From: an uncultured Verrucomicrobiae bacterium
Lineage (GTDB): Bacteria > Verrucomicrobiota > Verrucomicrobiia > Limisphaerales > JAFGQR01
DNA: 52,833 bases
Assembly: GCA_963788655.1 (NCBI GenBank)
Contig: CAWBHS010000025.1
Coordinates: forward strand, 1 to 52,833
Reading direction: 5' to 3'
Shown: positions 9,156 through 19,961 of the stretch, in pieces
Position numbering within the stretch: the first letter of the stretch is position 1
How the letters are laid out: each line of letters begins with the position of its first letter
The notes under the pieces: generated by a model
What the model was told of the DNA's origin: nothing
Seen by the model: the letters and a program-made list of their open reading frames with translations, nothing else
Database searches by the model: none
Made by a program: the position numbers and the translations under genes

Positions 9156-12100
9156 ATGAAACTCCACACTTTCATGTTCCTGGTCGCGGGCGCCTCGACG
9201 ATGCTGGCCCAATCGCTCCCACCGTTTGGCGAATTAGAAGCGCCCGTGAAAATCCTTTGGGAAATCGGCAAACCGGACAACGACGACCACGAGTTTGCGC
9301 TCGCCCCCAACCGCTACACCGAATTCCGCGATGACGGCTTTTTCGCGGTGGGCCGTTCCGATCCTGCGCGGGACTGGCCGTATGTGCAGCCGGGACCCGC
9401 CGACGCCTGGGCCGGCAGCCGGCGGCACACGTTTACCATCTTGTTCGGGCTCAAGCAAAAGCCGCTGTTGGGAGATTGCCTGCTGCACTTTGACCTGTTG
9501 GACACGCAAGGCCAGGTTCCGCCGGCACTTACCGTGGCGGTGAACGGCCGGGGACTCAATTACCGCATGCCGCGCGGCGCCGGCGACGACTCCATTTTCG
9601 GCCAACCCGCCAAAGGCCGCGAACACAAGTTTGATTTCATGTTTCCCGCGGAAGTCATGCGGGAGGGCGCCAACGAAATCACCATCACCACCTTGTCCGG
9701 CAGTTGGATTCTTTACGATTGGATTGGTCTCGACGCTCCGGAATGGCTCGAATTGAGCGAGGTCAGCGGCACGGTGGTGTCGTCCCTGGAATCGCCGCCG
9801 GTGCTGGTGGAGCAAAACGGCCAACTCATGCAGACCGTTCAGGTTTCCCTGCGGCACTTCGGCGACGACACCCAGGCAGTGGTCATTCTCGAAGGACTGG
9901 GGGCCACCAACTTGACCTTGCGCGCCGGGGCGAACCAATTCGACCTGGCGGTTCCAGCCGTGCAAAAAGAAACGTCCATCCCGGTCGTGGTGGAAGTGGC
10001 CGGCAAGGTCCTGGCCGAACAGAAGCTTACCCTTAAGCCGGTTCGCAAATGGGTCGTCTATTTGTTGCCGCATTCACATGTCGATATTGGTTACACCCAT
10101 GTGCAAACCGACGTTGAAAAGGCTCAATGGAAGTACCTCGAGACGGGCATCGACATCGCCCGCAAAACCGCCAACTACCCGCCCGGCTCGCGTTTCAAGT
10201 GGAACGTGGAAGTGCTCTGGGCCGTGGACAGCTATCTCAAACAAGCCACGCCCGAAAAACGCCAGGCCTTTATTGACGCCGTGAAATCCGGCATGGTCGG
10301 ACTGGACGCCCTCTATGGCAACATGCTCACCGGCCTGTGCAGTCAGGAAGAACAATTGCACCTCATGCGGTGCGCCCAAAACGTGTCCCGGCTGACAGGG
10401 GTGCCCATTGTTTCGGCGATGATCACGGACGTGCCGGGCTACTCCTGGGGCATGGTGCCGGCGTTTGCGCAGAATGGTGTGAAATATTTCTCCGTCGGCC
10501 CGAACGGCGGCGACCGCATTGGCAACACCAGCAAAGCCTGGGGCGACAAACCGTTCTGGTGGCTGGGCCCAAATCCCCAGGATAAAGTTCTTCTGTGGAT
10601 GACCGGCACCGGTTATTACCGCGTGTTCAGCTCGCCCCAGAACCTGCTCAATTACCTCGGTAAGCTTGCCGACAACGGCTATCCTTACGACTACGTCCAG
10701 GTTCGCCACTGCCTGGGTGATAATGGCGCGCCCGACGTCAACTTTGCCGATACCGTCCGGCAGTGGAACGAGAAATACGCCTACCCGAAGCTGGTCATTG
10801 CCACGACGGCCGAAATGTTCCGTGATTTCGAGAAGCGGTACGGTGACAAGTTGCCGACTGCGCGCGGCGACTTTACGCCGTACTGGGAAGACGGCGCTGG
10901 ATCATCCGCCCGCGAGACGGCAATGAACCGCGCTTCCGCGGATCGCCTGCTCCAGGCCGAGACGCTGTTTGCGATGTTCAATCCAAAGGTCTATCCGGCG
11001 GATGATTTCTATCAGGCTTGGCGGAATGTCATTCTTTACGACGAACACACCTGGGGCGCTCACAATAGCATCAGCCAACCGGACCATCCGTTTGTCAAAA
11101 GCCAGTGGGCCATCAAACAGGCCTTCGCCCTGGACGCAGACCGGCAATCGCGCCATCTCCTCGCTGCGGCCAGCAACGCCCGCGGTTCGGCGCCGGAATT
11201 ACCTGGGAAAGTCCAGGCCATCGAGGTCGTCAACACGACGGCTTTCAGTGTTCCGTGGGGATTGGTGGTCGTGCCCAAAGAACTTTCAACCGCCGGCGAC
11301 GCCGTGGGCATTTCGCCAACCAATACCGGCACGATTCGCGCCCAACGACTGACCACCGGAGAACTGGTCTTTCGCCCTTGCCTGGGCCAGTATCGGTCGA
11401 CCCGCTTCTACCTTGGCCCCGGGAAATTCCAAGGCCCCAATTTTGAGGGGGCTCAAGTGGACGAAAATCTTTTGACCACCCCACGCTCCGCCATCAACCA
11501 GGGCCTTAAGCTGCTCGTGGATGAACAGAGCGGCGCCATTGCCAGCCTGGTTTATGACGGCCATGAACTGGTGGACCCCAATTCGCCGACCGCGTTGAAT
11601 GACTATTTCTATTTGCCCGGCAGCGACCTCAAAGGGCTTCAACGCAATGGCCCGGTGAAAATTTCCGCGAAAGAACGCGGCCCGCTGGTCGCCTCGTTGC
11701 TGGTCGAATCCGAGGCGCCCGGTTGCCGCAAACTCACCCGCGAGATCCGGGTTCACGCCTTGCAGAACTACGTCGAGATTATCAATACGGTGGATAAGCT
11801 GCCGGTGCGGACCAAAGAGGGCGTCCACTTCGGTTTTGGTTTCAAGGTGCCGGATGGCACTGTGCGTCTGGACGTGCCGTGGGGCGTGGTGCGTCCGGAA
11901 GCGGACCAGATCGCCGGAGCGTGTCGGAATTGGTTTACCGTGCAACGCTGGGTGGACATCTCCAGCAAAGATTTTGGCGTGACGTGGGTCACGCCTGACG
12001 CTCCGCTCCTGGAGATCGGCGGGATTACGGCCAACCTGATTGGCGGATTGTCAGGTTCGCCGTTGTGGCTCGAGCACCTCGATCCGTCGCCAACGATTTA

Positions 12101-12545
12101 CTCGTGGGCGATGAACAACCACTGGCACACGAACTATCGCGCGGAACAAGACGGGCCGACGGTCTTCCGCTATTTCATTTTCCCACACGCCAATGGTTAC
12201 GACGAAGTGCAAGCCACCCGCAACGCCACCGAGTGCCGTCAGCCGTTTCTGGTGATGCCTGCCCGGGGCGATTCGCCGCGAGCCACGCAACCGCCGTTCC
12301 AAGTTTCGACGCCCAATTGGCACGCGCAAATTACCGCCTTCAAACCCAGCGAAGACGGCAAGGCCTGGATCGTTCGCCTGCTCAGTCTGTCGGACAAAGC
12401 CGAACCCACCAAGCTCACGTGGAGCCAGCCGGAGCCGAAGGCGGTCTGGCTAAGCGACAACAGCGAACAACCACTCCAACCCGCCGGCAATCCCATCGAG
12501 TTGCCGCCGCACGGGATTGTGACGCTGCGGGCGGATTTGCCCTAA
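9156..12545 (+). CDS. Secreted GH38-like glycoside hydrolase with N-terminal PL4 domain III-like module
   Basis: Signal peptide, LWEIGKPD module, PHSHVDIGYT, AMITDVPG, YWEDG, LYDEHTWG, MNNHWHTNY. Confidence 0.85.
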   Translation: MKLHTFMFLVAGASTMLAQSLPPFGELEAPVKILWEIGKPDNDDHEFALAPNRYTEFRDDGFFAVGRSDPARDWPYVQPGPADAWAGSRRHTFTILFGLKQKPLLGDCLLHFDLLDTQGQVPPALTVAVNGRGLNYRMPRGAGDDSIFGQPAKGREHKFDFMFPAEVMREGANEITITTLSGSWILYDWIGLDAPEWLELSEVSGTVVSSLESPPVLVEQNGQLMQTVQVSLRHFGDDTQAVVILEGLGATNLTLRAGANQFDLAVPAVQKETSIPVVVEVAGKVLAEQKLTLKPVRKWVVYLLPHSHVDIGYTHVQTDVEKAQWKYLETGIDIARKTANYPPGSRFKWNVEVLWAVDSYLKQATPEKRQAFIDAVKSGMVGLDALYGNMLTGLCSQEEQLHLMRCAQNVSRLTGVPIVSAMITDVPGYSWGMVPAFAQNGVKYFSVGPNGGDRIGNTSKAWGDKPFWWLGPNPQDKVLLWMTGTGYYRVFSSPQNLLNYLGKLADNGYPYDYVQVRHCLGDNGAPDVNFADTVRQWNEKYAYPKLVIATTAEMFRDFEKRYGDKLPTARGDFTPYWEDGAGSSARETAMNRASADRLLQAETLFAMFNPKVYPADDFYQAWRNVILYDEHTWGAHNSISQPDHPFVKSQWAIKQAFALDADRQSRHLLAAASNARGSAPELPGKVQAIEVVNTTAFSVPWGLVVVPKELSTAGDAVGISPTNTGTIRAQRLTTGELVFRPCLGQYRSTRFYLGPGKFQGPNFEGAQVDENLLTTPRSAINQGLKLLVDEQSGAIASLVYDGHELVDPNSPTALNDYFYLPGSDLKGLQRNGPVKISAKERGPLVASLLVESEAPGCRKLTREIRVHALQNYVEIINTVDKLPVRTKEGVHFGFGFKVPDGTVRLDVPWGVVRPEADQIAGACRNWFTVQRWVDISSKDFGVTWVTPDAPLLEIGGITANLIGGLSGSPLWLEHLDPSPTIYSWAMNNHWHTNYRAEQDGPTVFRYFIFPHANGYDEVQATRNATECRQPFLVMPARGDSPRATQPPFQVSTPNWHAQITAFKPSEDGKAWIVRLLSLSDKAEPTKLTWSQPEPKAVWLSDNSEQPLQPAGNPIELPPHGIVTLRADLP

Positions 12546-12584
12546 TCAAGGGCAACGCATTCTTAGAGCCTTTTTAGCAGTTCC

Positions 12585-12971
12585 CGTTTGGAGTCCCGCC
12601 TTCAGGCGGCATGGCGCCCACACTCTCGGAAGGCGTGACTCCGAGCATAAGCCATCCCACAAGCGGATTAAGTCATGCTCGCTGCGGAAGGTTGTAATTC
12701 CAGGGCAATTCGTCACCGACGGACGGCCTTTCAAACCGGCTTTCCAGGAAGCAGCCCATGAGGATTTCGGACAGCCCTCAAGGAAACGGTTGCTCCCCCA
12801 GTATTCGGGACCGGCGCGACGCCGGTCCTACTTGCACGCTGACGTGCCACCAACGTAGGACAGCCCGTCTCGGCTGTCCCGAAATTCCAAAAGATGCCCG
12901 CCTGCCATTGATCGTTCAGTGGAAGAACGCGTGCTATCTGGAAGTCCGGGACCGCGAGACGCTGGTCCTAC
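12585..12971. repeat. Intergenic cluster of REP-like palindromes
   Basis: GGAGTCCCGCCTTCAGGCGG; GGACCGGCGCGACGCCGGTCCTAC; GTAGGACAGCCCGTCTCGGCTGTCC; GGACCGCGAGACGCTGGTCCTAC. Confidence 0.7.
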
Positions 12972-13741
12972 GGTGACGCCGCTTTGAGCTTCTGATTGAG
13001 CGCTACCACGTCGGCATAGCGGACGCCCGTCCCGCCAAAGATGTCCAAGGCCGAACCGATGGTCAGGTCAATGCGCCCTTCGCCCACCCGGGTGACTCCC
13101 TCGAGGTCAGCCAACGACCGCGCGCCGCCGGCGTAAGTGGTGGGTAGCGAAGTCCATTGGCTCAGTTTCTCCACCAGTTCCAAGTCCACTCCCTGGCACA
13201 GACCTTCCATGTCCACCGCATGAATCAGGAACTCATCGCACGATGCAGCGAGATGTTTCAGCGTGGTGGCGGAAACCGTCAGTTCGGTGAACTTTTGCCA
13301 GCGATCAGTGACGACGAAATACTCCTTGCCCCGTTTGCGGCAACTCAGGTCCAGCACCAGACGCTGCTTGCCGATGGCGCTCACCAGGCTGCGCAACCGA
13401 TCCCAATCCAGGCGTCCCTCACGGAACACGTACGACGTGACGATCACATGAGAAGCGCCGGCGTCCAGCCAACTGCGGGCGTTGTCACTATTGATGCCAC
13501 CGCCCACCTGGAGCCCGCCGGGAAACGCTTGCAAGGCGCTGCGCGCAGCGGCTTCATTGCCGGGGCCGAGCATGATCACGTGGCCGCCGGGCAGGGCATC
13601 GCGCTGATACAATTCGGCGTACCACGAGGCCGGCCGCGCTGACTCGAAATTCGTCCGCACTGATTGCGCCTCGTCGTTGAGCGTGCCGCCGACGAGTTGC
13701 TTCACTTTGCCTTCGTGCAGATCGATGCAGGGCCGAAACAT
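12968..13741 (-). CDS. hisA: ProFAR isomerase, eukaryote-like (His6-type) HisA
   Basis: MFRPCIDLHEGKVKQLVGG, GHVIMLG, LQVGGGI, GASHVIVTS, LVLDLSCR, DLTIGSALDIFGG. Confidence 0.93.
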   Translation of the reverse strand: MFRPCIDLHEGKVKQLVGGTLNDEAQSVRTNFESARPASWYAELYQRDALPGGHVIMLGPGNEAAARSALQAFPGGLQVGGGINSDNARSWLDAGASHVIVTSYVFREGRLDWDRLRSLVSAIGKQRLVLDLSCRKRGKEYFVVTDRWQKFTELTVSATTLKHLAASCDEFLIHAVDMEGLCQGVDLELVEKLSQWTSLPTTYAGGARSLADLEGVTRVGEGRIDLTIGSALDIFGGTGVRYADVVALNQKLKAASP

Positions 13742-13849
13742 CGCGGGCATGATGCCGAACGCCGGGCGGGAGTCGAGTGCAATTGCACGATGATAAAGAC
13801 CTGCGCTTCCCCAATATTTGTTTGGATGACAACCCCGCACGGAGATCGT

Positions 13850-13958
13850 TCGGAGTCCCGGCTTAAGCCGGCCAGCCCGTGCGTATTTCGAGCACCTCTC
13901 GAATGGTACCACTCATGTTGCGCGAACAACTTGCCGGCTGAAGTCGGGACTCTGAACC
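13850..13958. repeat. REP-like inverted pair
   Basis: GTTCGGAGTCCCGGCTTAAGCCGGC ... GCCGGCTGAAGTCGGGACTCTGAAC. Confidence 0.7.
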
Positions 13959-13961
13959 AAA

Positions 13962-15236
13962 ATGAGCATTGCCCGCCCTTCCCGGTTGTCGCTTGCCATC
14001 GGGGTGGCGTCCGGTGTCTCATGCGGCAACGACGTGAATTGCGGTGAACCAACATCCGAACGCACCACGCTGCGGGAACTGGCGCTGGTGTTTCTGAAAC
14101 TGGGCCTGATCAGCTATGGCGGCCCGGCGGCGCACATTGGGTTGATGGAAAATGAATTCGTGCGCCGCCGCCAATGGCTCACGCACGAAAAATTTGCGGA
14201 CCTGCTGGCGGCCACCAATCTCATTCCCGGGCCCAACTCGACCGAGATGGCCATCTACATTGGCCACGAGCGCGGCGGGCTGCGCGGTCTGATCGTGGCC
14301 GGCAGTTGTTTCATTCTGCCGGCCCTGCTGGTGGTGATGGGCGTGGCCTGGGGCTACCAACGTTATGGCACGTTGCCGGAAATGGGCGCGGTGCTCTACG
14401 GGGTCAAACCGGTGATTATTGCGGTGATCGCCCAGGCATTGTGGGGCCTGACCCGCCGCGCGGTAAAGTCGCCGCTCCTCGCCGCGTTGGGGGTGACGGC
14501 AGTGGTTCTGGGTTTTTGGGGCGTGAATGAACTACTGCTGTTAATGGGCGCCGGAGTTCTGTATTTGGTCCTTCACGGATGGCTTGCAATGAATCGACGC
14601 TCGAACTCGCCTCCGTCATCCACCGCCATCTTTACGTACCCCTTCACCGCTTCCAGCAGCTCGATGTTCGCGACCGCCGCCAGCGGCGCCGCGGCTGGCA
14701 CCGCCAAGGTCTTTGGTCTATGGCCTTTATTCCTGTTCTTTCTCAAAGTGGGCGCGGTGCTCTACGGTAGTGGCTACGTGCTGTTGGCCTTTCTGCAAGC
14801 CGATTTGGTCGAGCGCTGGCACTGGTTGACGGAAAGCCAGTTGCTGGATGCCATCGCCGTGGGCCAGATCACGCCGGGCCCCTTGTTCACCACCGCCACA
14901 TTCGTCGGCTATCTGAAAGGCGGGGTGCCGGCCGCTTTGCTGGCCACGTTGGGCATCTTCCTGCCCGCGTTTCTTTTTGTTGCGGTCAGTGGTCCGCTTA
15001 TCCCACGGCTGCGGCAGTCCCGTTTGGCTGGAGCGTTTCTCGACGGTGTGGTCGTGGCGTCGCTGGCGTTGATGGTCGTCGTGTCCTGGCAATTGGGTCG
15101 GGCTGCCTTGGTGGATTGGTTGACGCCGCTGTTGGCCGTGGGCAGCGGCATACTCTTGATTCGCTTTCGCGTGAACTCAATTTGGTTGGTGCTCGGGGGT
15201 GCCATTGCCGGACTGGCACTGTCGTGGTGGGGATAG
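13962..15236 (+). CDS. chrA: Chromate efflux transporter (long-chain CHR)
   Basis: FLKLGLISYGGPAAHI, IPGPNSTE, YGSGYVL, GQITPGP: two CHR repeats. Confidence 0.93.
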   Translation: MSIARPSRLSLAIGVASGVSCGNDVNCGEPTSERTTLRELALVFLKLGLISYGGPAAHIGLMENEFVRRRQWLTHEKFADLLAATNLIPGPNSTEMAIYIGHERGGLRGLIVAGSCFILPALLVVMGVAWGYQRYGTLPEMGAVLYGVKPVIIAVIAQALWGLTRRAVKSPLLAALGVTAVVLGFWGVNELLLLMGAGVLYLVLHGWLAMNRRSNSPPSSTAIFTYPFTASSSSMFATAASGAAAGTAKVFGLWPLFLFFLKVGAVLYGSGYVLLAFLQADLVERWHWLTESQLLDAIAVGQITPGPLFTTATFVGYLKGGVPAALLATLGIFLPAFLFVAVSGPLIPRLRQSRLAGAFLDGVVVASLALMVVVSWQLGRAALVDWLTPLLAVGSGILLIRFRVNSIWLVLGGAIAGLALSWWG

Positions 15237-15248
15237 GGTTGCGCCCGG

Positions 15249-16617
15249 TCAGGTTCCCCTGCGGCTCCACCAAGTCTCGATTTCCTCGAGACTGCGGCCT
15301 TTGGTTTCGGGGATGAAGACCAGCACGAAACCCAGTGCTACCGCACAGAGCAACGCGTAAATCCAAAACGTGACATCCAACCCGGCGCGGTCGCGCAGCA
15401 TGGGAAACGTTTGCGACACCAGGTAGCAAGCGCCCCACACGCCGGCGGTGGCAACCGCCATGGCGCGCCCGCGGGTGCGGGTGGGATAGATTTCGGAGAT
15501 GACCACCCAACCCACCACGCCCATCGAAAACGCAAAACTGGCCACGTAACCCAACACGCCGAAGAGCAGTCCCATGCCGGTCGCTTTGGTGTGGAAGCCG
15601 TAGCCTACGTAGAGCAAGCAAAGGCCCATGCAGATGGAACCAATGATGAGCAGTGGCCTGCGGCCGAGTTTGTCCACCACAGCCATCGAGAGCAGCGTAA
15701 ATACCAGGTTCACCAACCCCACCCAAACGCTTTGGGCGTACAGAATCGGCGGTCGCGAAACCGGCCTGTTCAAAGACCGTCGGCGCGTAATACATGATGG
15801 CATTGATGCCGGTCACCTGGGTCAGGGCCATCAGGGTCACGCCAATGAACAAGGCCTTGCGCAAACCGGGCTTGAGCAGGTTCTTGAGTGAACCGCCCTC
15901 ATGCGCGATGGCCTCGACGATCTGCGCCATTTCCGTCTCGGTTTCCCTTGGTCCCACCACGCGCGCGAGAATAGCGCGGGCTTGGTCTCGCAACCCTTGC
16001 TTGGTCAGCCACCGCGGGCTTTCGGGAATGGGGAAGATCAACAGAAAAAACAAGGTGGCGGGGAAGGTTTCGACGGCAAACATCCAGCGCCATTTGAGCG
16101 CATCCGTCATCGCCGTGCCTCGAATGAGGCTGTTGCTGAAAAACGCGGCGAGGATGCCCAGCACAATGGCCAGTTGCTGCAAGGCTACCAGGCGGCCCCG
16201 AATTTTCGGCGGCGAAATTTCCGCGATGTAAAGCGGCGATACCAGCGAGGCGATGCCGATGCCCAATCCGCCCACCATGCGAGCCCAGACCAGTTCCGTT
16301 GAGGATTTGGCCAGACCGCACCATACGGCGGACACTGTGAAGAACACCGCGCTAAGGAGCAGCACGCGTTTGCGGCCGAAACGGTCGCTGAGCATTCCGG
16401 CGGCAAGTGCCCCCCAAAAACAGCCCACAATTGCCGACCCCACCACCCATCCTTCCATCTTGTCCGACAAGTTGAATTCCGTGGTGAACATCGTTTCGGT
16501 CCCGGAAATGACGGCGGTGTCGAAACCAAACAGCAGCCCGCCCAAAGCGGCTACGACACAAATAATAACGAGGTAGATTAGCCGATTGGCCGATGAACTG
16601 TCTTGCGTGGTGGTCAT
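15249..16617 (-). CDS. Sugar porter family MFS transporter, frameshift near 15750
   Basis: GGLLFGFDTAVISG, SDRFGRKR, EISPPKIRG, PESPRWL, QVTGINAIMYY; second frame VDKLGRR, SEIYP, PETKGRSLEEIE. Confidence 0.92.
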
Positions 16618-16684
16618 GCTGTTGCGGGCTCTTTTAATGTCCGCCGTCCGTCGCATCAAGCGAATTCCCGCGCTTTCGAACCAA

Positions 16685-17430
16685 ATATGTGTTGTCGAAA
16701 TCCGGCCGGCAGTTCGAACGTGAAAATGGGCGGCGAGTGATGGATTACGTTCGAGCGCACCGTGCGCATCCGTTTCTGCCGGCGGGACGCCGGCAGCACG
16801 TTGCCCAGCGTGCTGTCGGCATCCGGTCGGCAGTTGGGAACGGCGCTTGCTCTGTCCGGTTGGTGTGGAAATTCGGATCGGCGCACGCCAAGTCGCGCCA
16901 GCGTTTGGAGTGCGTGGAGCTTGCTCCCGCTTTCGGTTGCGGTCGGACGTGCCAAGATTACATTCGCCTACTTCAAGATTCGGTGCTCCTTACCCCTGCG
17001 AAAGCGCCGGCAAGCCGGCCGCACTCCAAACGCTTCGCGACGTTCGAGCGCGCGAGGCCGCAACGTGCTGCCGGCATCCTGCCGGCAGTTTTGGAACGGG
17101 ACGTTCGCGCATTAAGCCCCCCGCGATTCGGAGGTCGCGCAGCATTCGATTCTGCCGGCGGGACGCCGGCAGCACGTTGCCCAGCGTGCTGCTGGCATCC
17201 TGCCGGCAGATCGAACGTGGCAATCGCAGTCGAACTGAGGACAGATGCTTGGGCGCCTCCACCGCGTCCGGCTCTTCCGGCGAGACGCCGAAAGCACGTT
17301 GGCAGCGTGCTGCCGGCATCTTGCCGGCAGTTTGGAACGGGCCGTTCCGAATTATAGCCCTCCACTCACCTGCATGCCGCCCTTGCACTCGTTTTTTCCG
17401 GCGGGACGCCGGCAGCACGTTGGCGAACGG
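16685..17430. repeat. Mosaic REP/BIME-like cluster
   Basis: Three copies of GGCGGGACGCCGGCAGCACGTTG (about 16780, 17156, 17399), several inverted GTGCTGCCGGCATCCTGCCGGCAG-like units, and an AGCGTTTGGAGTGCG pair. Confidence 0.85.
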
Positions 17431-17483
17431 TTGACCTCCGATAAGGCATTGCGCGTTCAATCAATTCCTGATAGACGACCGCC

Positions 17484-18209
17484 ATGCACTACACACGCAA
17501 GACACTCAAGACCGTGGTATTTCGTTCCCTCCTCGCGCATCGGTACACCTGCCTCCTTCTTTTCATCATACTGGGCGCAGTCGGGTTATCCTCCAGAGCA
17601 GCGGAGCTCAAATCCGGTACAAGCGCCTGGGAATCCGATCCCCAAGGGTGGACCGACATCATGCCTTCACCTGACCTCAAAGGCTGGTCGCGCGTACCGG
17701 TGCCACCGACGGGTAAACTGGGCCGCGCGCAATGGCACGTGGACTCCGAACACCAGATGTTGATCTGCGACGGCGATGGCGGCCATGACATGTTGCTGTT
17801 GGAGAAAATCGTCGGCGACGCGATCTTTCACTTCGAGTTCCGCTATACGCAAAGTTTGGGAGTCAACAACAGCGGAGCGTATATTCGCAACTCGCCCAAT
17901 GGAGCCATCTGGCACCAGGCGCAGTTCGGTGATGCGGCCGGGGGATACCTCTTTGGCGTGACGCCAACGCCCAACGACAAGCCCAAGTTCTTCAACCTCA
18001 AGAAAGACGTGAAGGACAGCCGCATCAAGCCGGCCGGCGAATGGAACACACTCGAGTTGACCGCTCGCGGTAAGACGCTGACGCTTTGGGCCAACGGCGC
18101 CGTCACGTGTCAGTTCGACAACTGTGGCATGGCCAAGGGGCAGGTAGGGCTCGAAGGCGAAGGTTATCGCATCGAGTTTCGCAACCTCAAGTTGAAGGAG
18201 CTGCGTTAG
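17484..18209 (+). CDS. DUF1080 (3-keto-disaccharide hydrolase-like) secreted protein
   Basis: DLKGW, NNSGAYIR, KPAGEWNTLE, GQVGLEGEG, IEFRNLKLKEL. Confidence 0.88.
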   Translation: MHYTRKTLKTVVFRSLLAHRYTCLLLFIILGAVGLSSRAAELKSGTSAWESDPQGWTDIMPSPDLKGWSRVPVPPTGKLGRAQWHVDSEHQMLICDGDGGHDMLLLEKIVGDAIFHFEFRYTQSLGVNNSGAYIRNSPNGAIWHQAQFGDAAGGYLFGVTPTPNDKPKFFNLKKDVKDSRIKPAGEWNTLELTARGKTLTLWANGAVTCQFDNCGMAKGQVGLEGEGYRIEFRNLKLKELR

Positions 18210-18237
18210 CCGGCCCGTTTAAAAACTCGTTGCCTGA

Positions 18238-18314
18238 GTAACAGCCGAGGTAACGAGGCTCATTCTGTTGTCGAACGTCGATGGATGTCAGAGCCTCCTA
18301 ACGTCGGCTGCTAC
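18238..18314. repeat. GTAG-type REP pair (family A)
   Basis: GTAACAGCCGAGGTAACGAGGCTC ... GAGCCTCCTAACGTCGGCTGCTAC. Confidence 0.8.
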
Positions 18315-18336
18315 GTTCGTTCTGGACTGCTCGCGG

Positions 18337-19674
18337 TTATGGTGAATTGCTTGTCGCCGGCTGAATGCAATACACCCGCGCCGACGTGCGAATGAGCAGG
18401 CGATCCCCCACCATGGCCGGCGTGGCCATGCACATGTCGTCATCAGCCAGACGGTTGGTGTGAAGCAACTGGAACTGGTCGCCTGCCCGCAGCACATAGC
18501 ATACGCCGTCTTCGTTCAGGCAAAATACCTTCCCGCCCGCTGCCCAAGGCGACGTCGTAAAGGCGAAGCCCCGTGGCAAGCGCTCCCGGTCGTACAACAT
18601 CCTTCCGGTCTTCGCCTCGAAGCAACTCACCAAGCCGCGGTCAAACAACACGTAAACGCGGCCTTCGTAAAACAAGGGTGAAGGATTGTAGGGCCCACCG
18701 GTTCGATTGGACCAGGCAATGAACTCATTGCTCGCCTGGTCCGGCTCCAGCGTGATGTCGCCGCTCGCCCCGGGCCGAATGGCGTAGAGCGGTCGCAATT
18801 TGTCCCCGACGTAGCCAGAGCTGATGAACAGCAGACCGTCGCCGGCGCAAGGTGTCGGGATGACAATTATCGACATGCCGCGGAAGAACCAGAGCCGCTT
18901 GCCCTCCAGATCGTAACTGCGCACGGCTCCGGTGCCGGAGGTGACCAGCTCGGTCCGTTCTTGGTTCCGCCAGATGAAGGGCGTCGCCCAATTGCTTTTC
19001 TCGTCGCGGTTCACCCGCCACAGTTCGCGGCCAGTCTTCGCGTCGAGGGCAAAGACTTCTGAACGTTCGTCGTTGTCATTCACCATAAACAGCCGCCCGG
19101 CATGCAACACCGGTGACGCCGCCGTGCCCCAACCATAGCGCATGGGACGGGGTTCCAATTTCCGCGACCACACTTCCTTGCCTTCAAACGTGAGCGCGAA
19201 AACTCCCACGCCACCGAACACCACATAAACCCGCTCCCCGTCTGTCACGGGCGTCTCCGAACCGTAGCTGTTCTTGAGATGAACCGCGGTCTGCGGCACG
19301 CCCCGGTGCAAGGTCCGTTCCCACGCGATGTGACCGGTGGCGAGATCGAGACAAAACACCTTCCATTCGTGTTCGCTCTTGGACGGTTCAGGCCGATTGC
19401 CACCGAAATACAATCCTTTCTTCGGTGCCTCGCTTTCCCCACGATTCACCACCGCCGTGAGAAAGACTTTCCCGCCCCACACGATGGGCGACGACCAACT
19501 GCGCCCCGGCAGGTCAGTCTTCCACACGACATTCTGCGTGGATGACCAATGCTCGGGTAGATTTTGATTTGTGCTGACGCCAGCAGCGTCGGGACCGCGG
19601 AACTGAGGCCAGTTGTCGGCGGCCAAGGCTGGGGGACACAGCGCGACCAGCAAGCTGAATAGAAACAATTTCAT
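18337..19674 (-). CDS. PQQ-binding-like beta-propeller protein (secreted)
   Basis: NWPQFRGP, VWKTDLPG..SSPIVWG, TPVTDGERVY, ALDAKTGRELW. Confidence 0.9.
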   Translation of the reverse strand: MKLFLFSLLVALCPPALAADNWPQFRGPDAAGVSTNQNLPEHWSSTQNVVWKTDLPGRSWSSPIVWGGKVFLTAVVNRGESEAPKKGLYFGGNRPEPSKSEHEWKVFCLDLATGHIAWERTLHRGVPQTAVHLKNSYGSETPVTDGERVYVVFGGVGVFALTFEGKEVWSRKLEPRPMRYGWGTAASPVLHAGRLFMVNDNDERSEVFALDAKTGRELWRVNRDEKSNWATPFIWRNQERTELVTSGTGAVRSYDLEGKRLWFFRGMSIIVIPTPCAGDGLLFISSGYVGDKLRPLYAIRPGASGDITLEPDQASNEFIAWSNRTGGPYNPSPLFYEGRVYVLFDRGLVSCFEAKTGRMLYDRERLPRGFAFTTSPWAAGGKVFCLNEDGVCYVLRAGDQFQLLHTNRLADDDMCMATPAMVGDRLLIRTSARVYCIQPATSNSP

Positions 19675-19961
19675 AAAAAGGGATCGTCTTCGCGAATCGC
19701 CTCGAGTGACGCATTGCCACCCAGCAAATCCAGGACTTCCAGAATCTGGATCCGGCGGTGGCGAATACCGGGCCGGCTACCGCATTTATTCCCGACCAAG
19801 CTGGATACGATTCGCATTAGTCATCACCGGCAGCTTACCGGTTCTTGGCGGACTGACAAGTCACGAGGTTGCTGACGCGGCTTCGCGAAAAGCTTCGAGA
19901 TCCGGGAGGACACCGTCGAACAATGTTGATTCAATTGGAACCAAAGAGGATCATAAGGACC

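Noticed and set aside
16685..17430. CRISPR array
   Set aside because: Units alternate in orientation with irregular spacing, and there are no cas genes.
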